DNA of 64,000 nt from a virus (taxonomy: Duplodnaviria > Caudoviricetes), in the IMG/VR virus record IMGVR_UViG_2862465376_000001, positions 92,950 through 156,949 of that record. The stretch is one strand, 5' to 3'. The notes under the pieces were generated by a model. That model was not told the DNA's origin. It made no database searches and saw only the letters and a list, made by a program, of their open reading frames with translations. This document shows positions 61,743 to 64,000 of this stretch, one piece after another; position 1 is the first letter of the stretch, and each line of letters starts with the position of its first letter. A program made the translations under genes and the position numbers.

Positions 61743-64000
61743 ATGATGACCTGCCGCCGCCACCCCACCGCCGGACGCTTCATGCGCACCTGCCCCGGCT
61801 GCGCCCAGGAGCTGTACGACATCGAAGCCCGCAACCGCGCCCACGCCGCCGCCCGCACCGCCCTTACCCTCATCGGCACCCCCCACGCCGAAATCACCGA
61901 CGTCCACGCCACCGACACCACCCTGATCGTCGCCAGCCGCCAGCCCGGCGAGCACTACGCGTACGCGGTCGACGTCTTCCGCCTCCCCACCCCCGCCGAG
62001 ACCGACCCCGACCTGACCGACGACTACCGCCTCACCCCCGGACAGTGGCTCCTCGACTGGCAGGCCGGAGACCACGACCCCGCCACCATCCCCGACATGA
62101 TCACCGCCGCCCGCCGCCACCTCACCCGCCACACCGCCTGACAGCCCCGCTGCGCCCCTCCCACGCCGACGGAGGGGCGCGGCGCCACCCACCACCCGCC
62201 AGCCCGCACACACCCCAGGGAGCGCCCCATGAGCATGTTCCAGCCGAACGGATGGACCGAGGAAATGCGCTACCACACCGACGCCGCCCTGATCAGCCAG
62301 CGCCGCAGCATCGCATCCGCCCTCCGGTTTGAACTCAGCATGAGCCCCGCCCAGGACGTCAACCGCTCCGGCAAGATCCGCGCCGCCGCCGACCGCTCCG
62401 ACCGCGCCGCCGACATGCTCGCCCTGCGCGCCGAGGGCATGCGGGACGACGTGACCCCGCCGCGCCGCCCCCGCTTCCGCGTCAACGCCTGACAGCCCCC
62501 AGGAGCGCCGGGGCCGACCCCACCGGCCCCGGCGCCCACCGACCGCCCGCCAGCCCGCCCTAGACGCCCTGGAGCCCGCCGTGACCGTCACCGCCGACAC
62601 CATCCCCGCGCCCGTCCGCGTGGAGATCGTCTGGACCCGCCGCGACGGCACCCGCCTCACCGGGCTCATGAACGTCATCACCCCCGCCGACCGCGCCCCC
62701 TCCAACGACCGCGAACCCCAGTGGCACATCACCGGCGGCACCCGCCGCGCCACCCTCGACGCGGTCAACGACTACGACCCCGCCGACAGTCACACGGTCC
62801 TCCGCGCCACCCCCGACCAAGCAGCACGCGCCGCCGCCGCGTGGCTTGGCCACACCGACCGCCCCGTGCACGTCACCACCGTGCACGAGTGGCGCGACAA
62901 CGCCTGACCCGACCGCCCGCCACACGACCACTGGAGCGCCCGCCATGAGCACGCCGACCACCACCGAGACCGACGCCCGCGCCGCATCCCGCGAGCGCCT
63001 GCGCACCGTCGTCGCCGCCACCCTTGCCGACGTCCACGACCGCACCCTCAACCTCACCGACGCCGAGGAAACGATCATGGCCGCCGCTCAGCAGTGGGCC
63101 ATGGAGGGATACATGATCAGCACCGCCCCCGCCGCCAAGCCGTGCCCCAAGAGCGGCGGCACCGTGGACCGATGGCACGAGGGAACCAACCTCCTCTTCG
63201 CCCCCGACGACGACAAGCCCGACCCCGGCCCGTACACCGAGGGCGAGCACGTCACCTGTCCCGGCTGCGGCGCCGACGTCCCCGTGACGCCGGTCGCCAA
63301 CAACCTGCGCAGCGCCGGACGTCAGTACGTCGCCCGCCTCCCCCAGCACACCATCCCGACCCCCTGACAGCCCCCAGGAACGCCCGGCGGCATCCCGCCG
63401 ACCGCCGGGCGCTCCCCGACCCCGCCAGCCCGCCACACGACCACGGAGCGCCCACCATGGCCCTGATCAACGACATTGAGTTCTACGGCCGCGCCGTGGA
63501 CGCCGAGGAGCTGTCCCCCGAGGAGGCGGCCCGACAGTTGGCCGACTCCAGCCGGGGCGGACTCACCCCGCGCGGCGCTGCTCAGATCCTCGCCGACTGG
63601 CGCGGCGCACTGGAACGGTACGAACGCGGCCACGCCGACACCACGACCGTGCTGCGCGCACTGCGCAACGGCCGCCCCGCCCCCGAGTTCATCACCCGCC
63701 GCTGGAACGAGGAGCAGCGCGCAGCCGCGCGCCGCCTCGCCCACCGACCCCAGGAGCGCCCCTGATGACCAACACCAGCCCGTACCGCCCCCTCGGCGAC
63801 TCGCCCGGCTACGGCAACCCCATCGACCCCGCCGACATCCCGCCCCCCTTCGAGACCCCCACCGGCGCCCGCTACACCCCGGCCGCCGCCGACCGCGCCG
63901 ACTACGCCCCGCGCACCGCCGACGACGTCACCACCGAACTGGTCAACATGACCGTGAGCATCGTGGACGGCTGGTACGCCGACACCCGCATTGACTGGGA
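61743..64000 (+). CDS. Run of small orphan genes (61743-62141, 62229-62492, 62581-62907, 62945-63367, 63457-63765, 63765->64000)
   Basis: Each preceded by a GGAGC(G)CCC RBS and related intergenic repeats. Confidence 0.6.

Overview
High-GC actinomycete (Streptomyces-like) DNA from a large phage-like element (jumbo prophage or phage-plasmid). No host housekeeping genes are evident. The window has four parts. (1) 0-21 kb, + strand: replication, recombination and packaging genes (J-domain protein, SSB-like protein, dnaE, recA, PD-(D/E)XK nucleases, RuvC-like resolvase, sigma region-4 protein, terminase). (2) 21-27 kb: two multidomain 'polyvalent' enzyme genes (GNAT, nucleotidyltransferase, ART-like, 2H phosphoesterase) and a DUF2637 gene. 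(3) 27-45 kb, mostly - strand: an orphan, irregular type I-E-like CRISPR mini-array, two tyrosine-recombinase-family genes, two RNase H-fold genes, an XRE/DUF397/HATPase triad and several perfect inverted repeats. (4) 45-64 kb, + strand: small orphan genes arranged as cassettes. The most notable non-coding signals are a 20-bp palindrome abutting a TANNNT -10 box in 8 promoters, three short tRNA-like (acceptor stem + T-arm) elements between genes at 49.5-51.1 kb, and a sharp G-to-C skew switch near 60.45 kb. All calls come from reading motifs by eye; no database searches were run.
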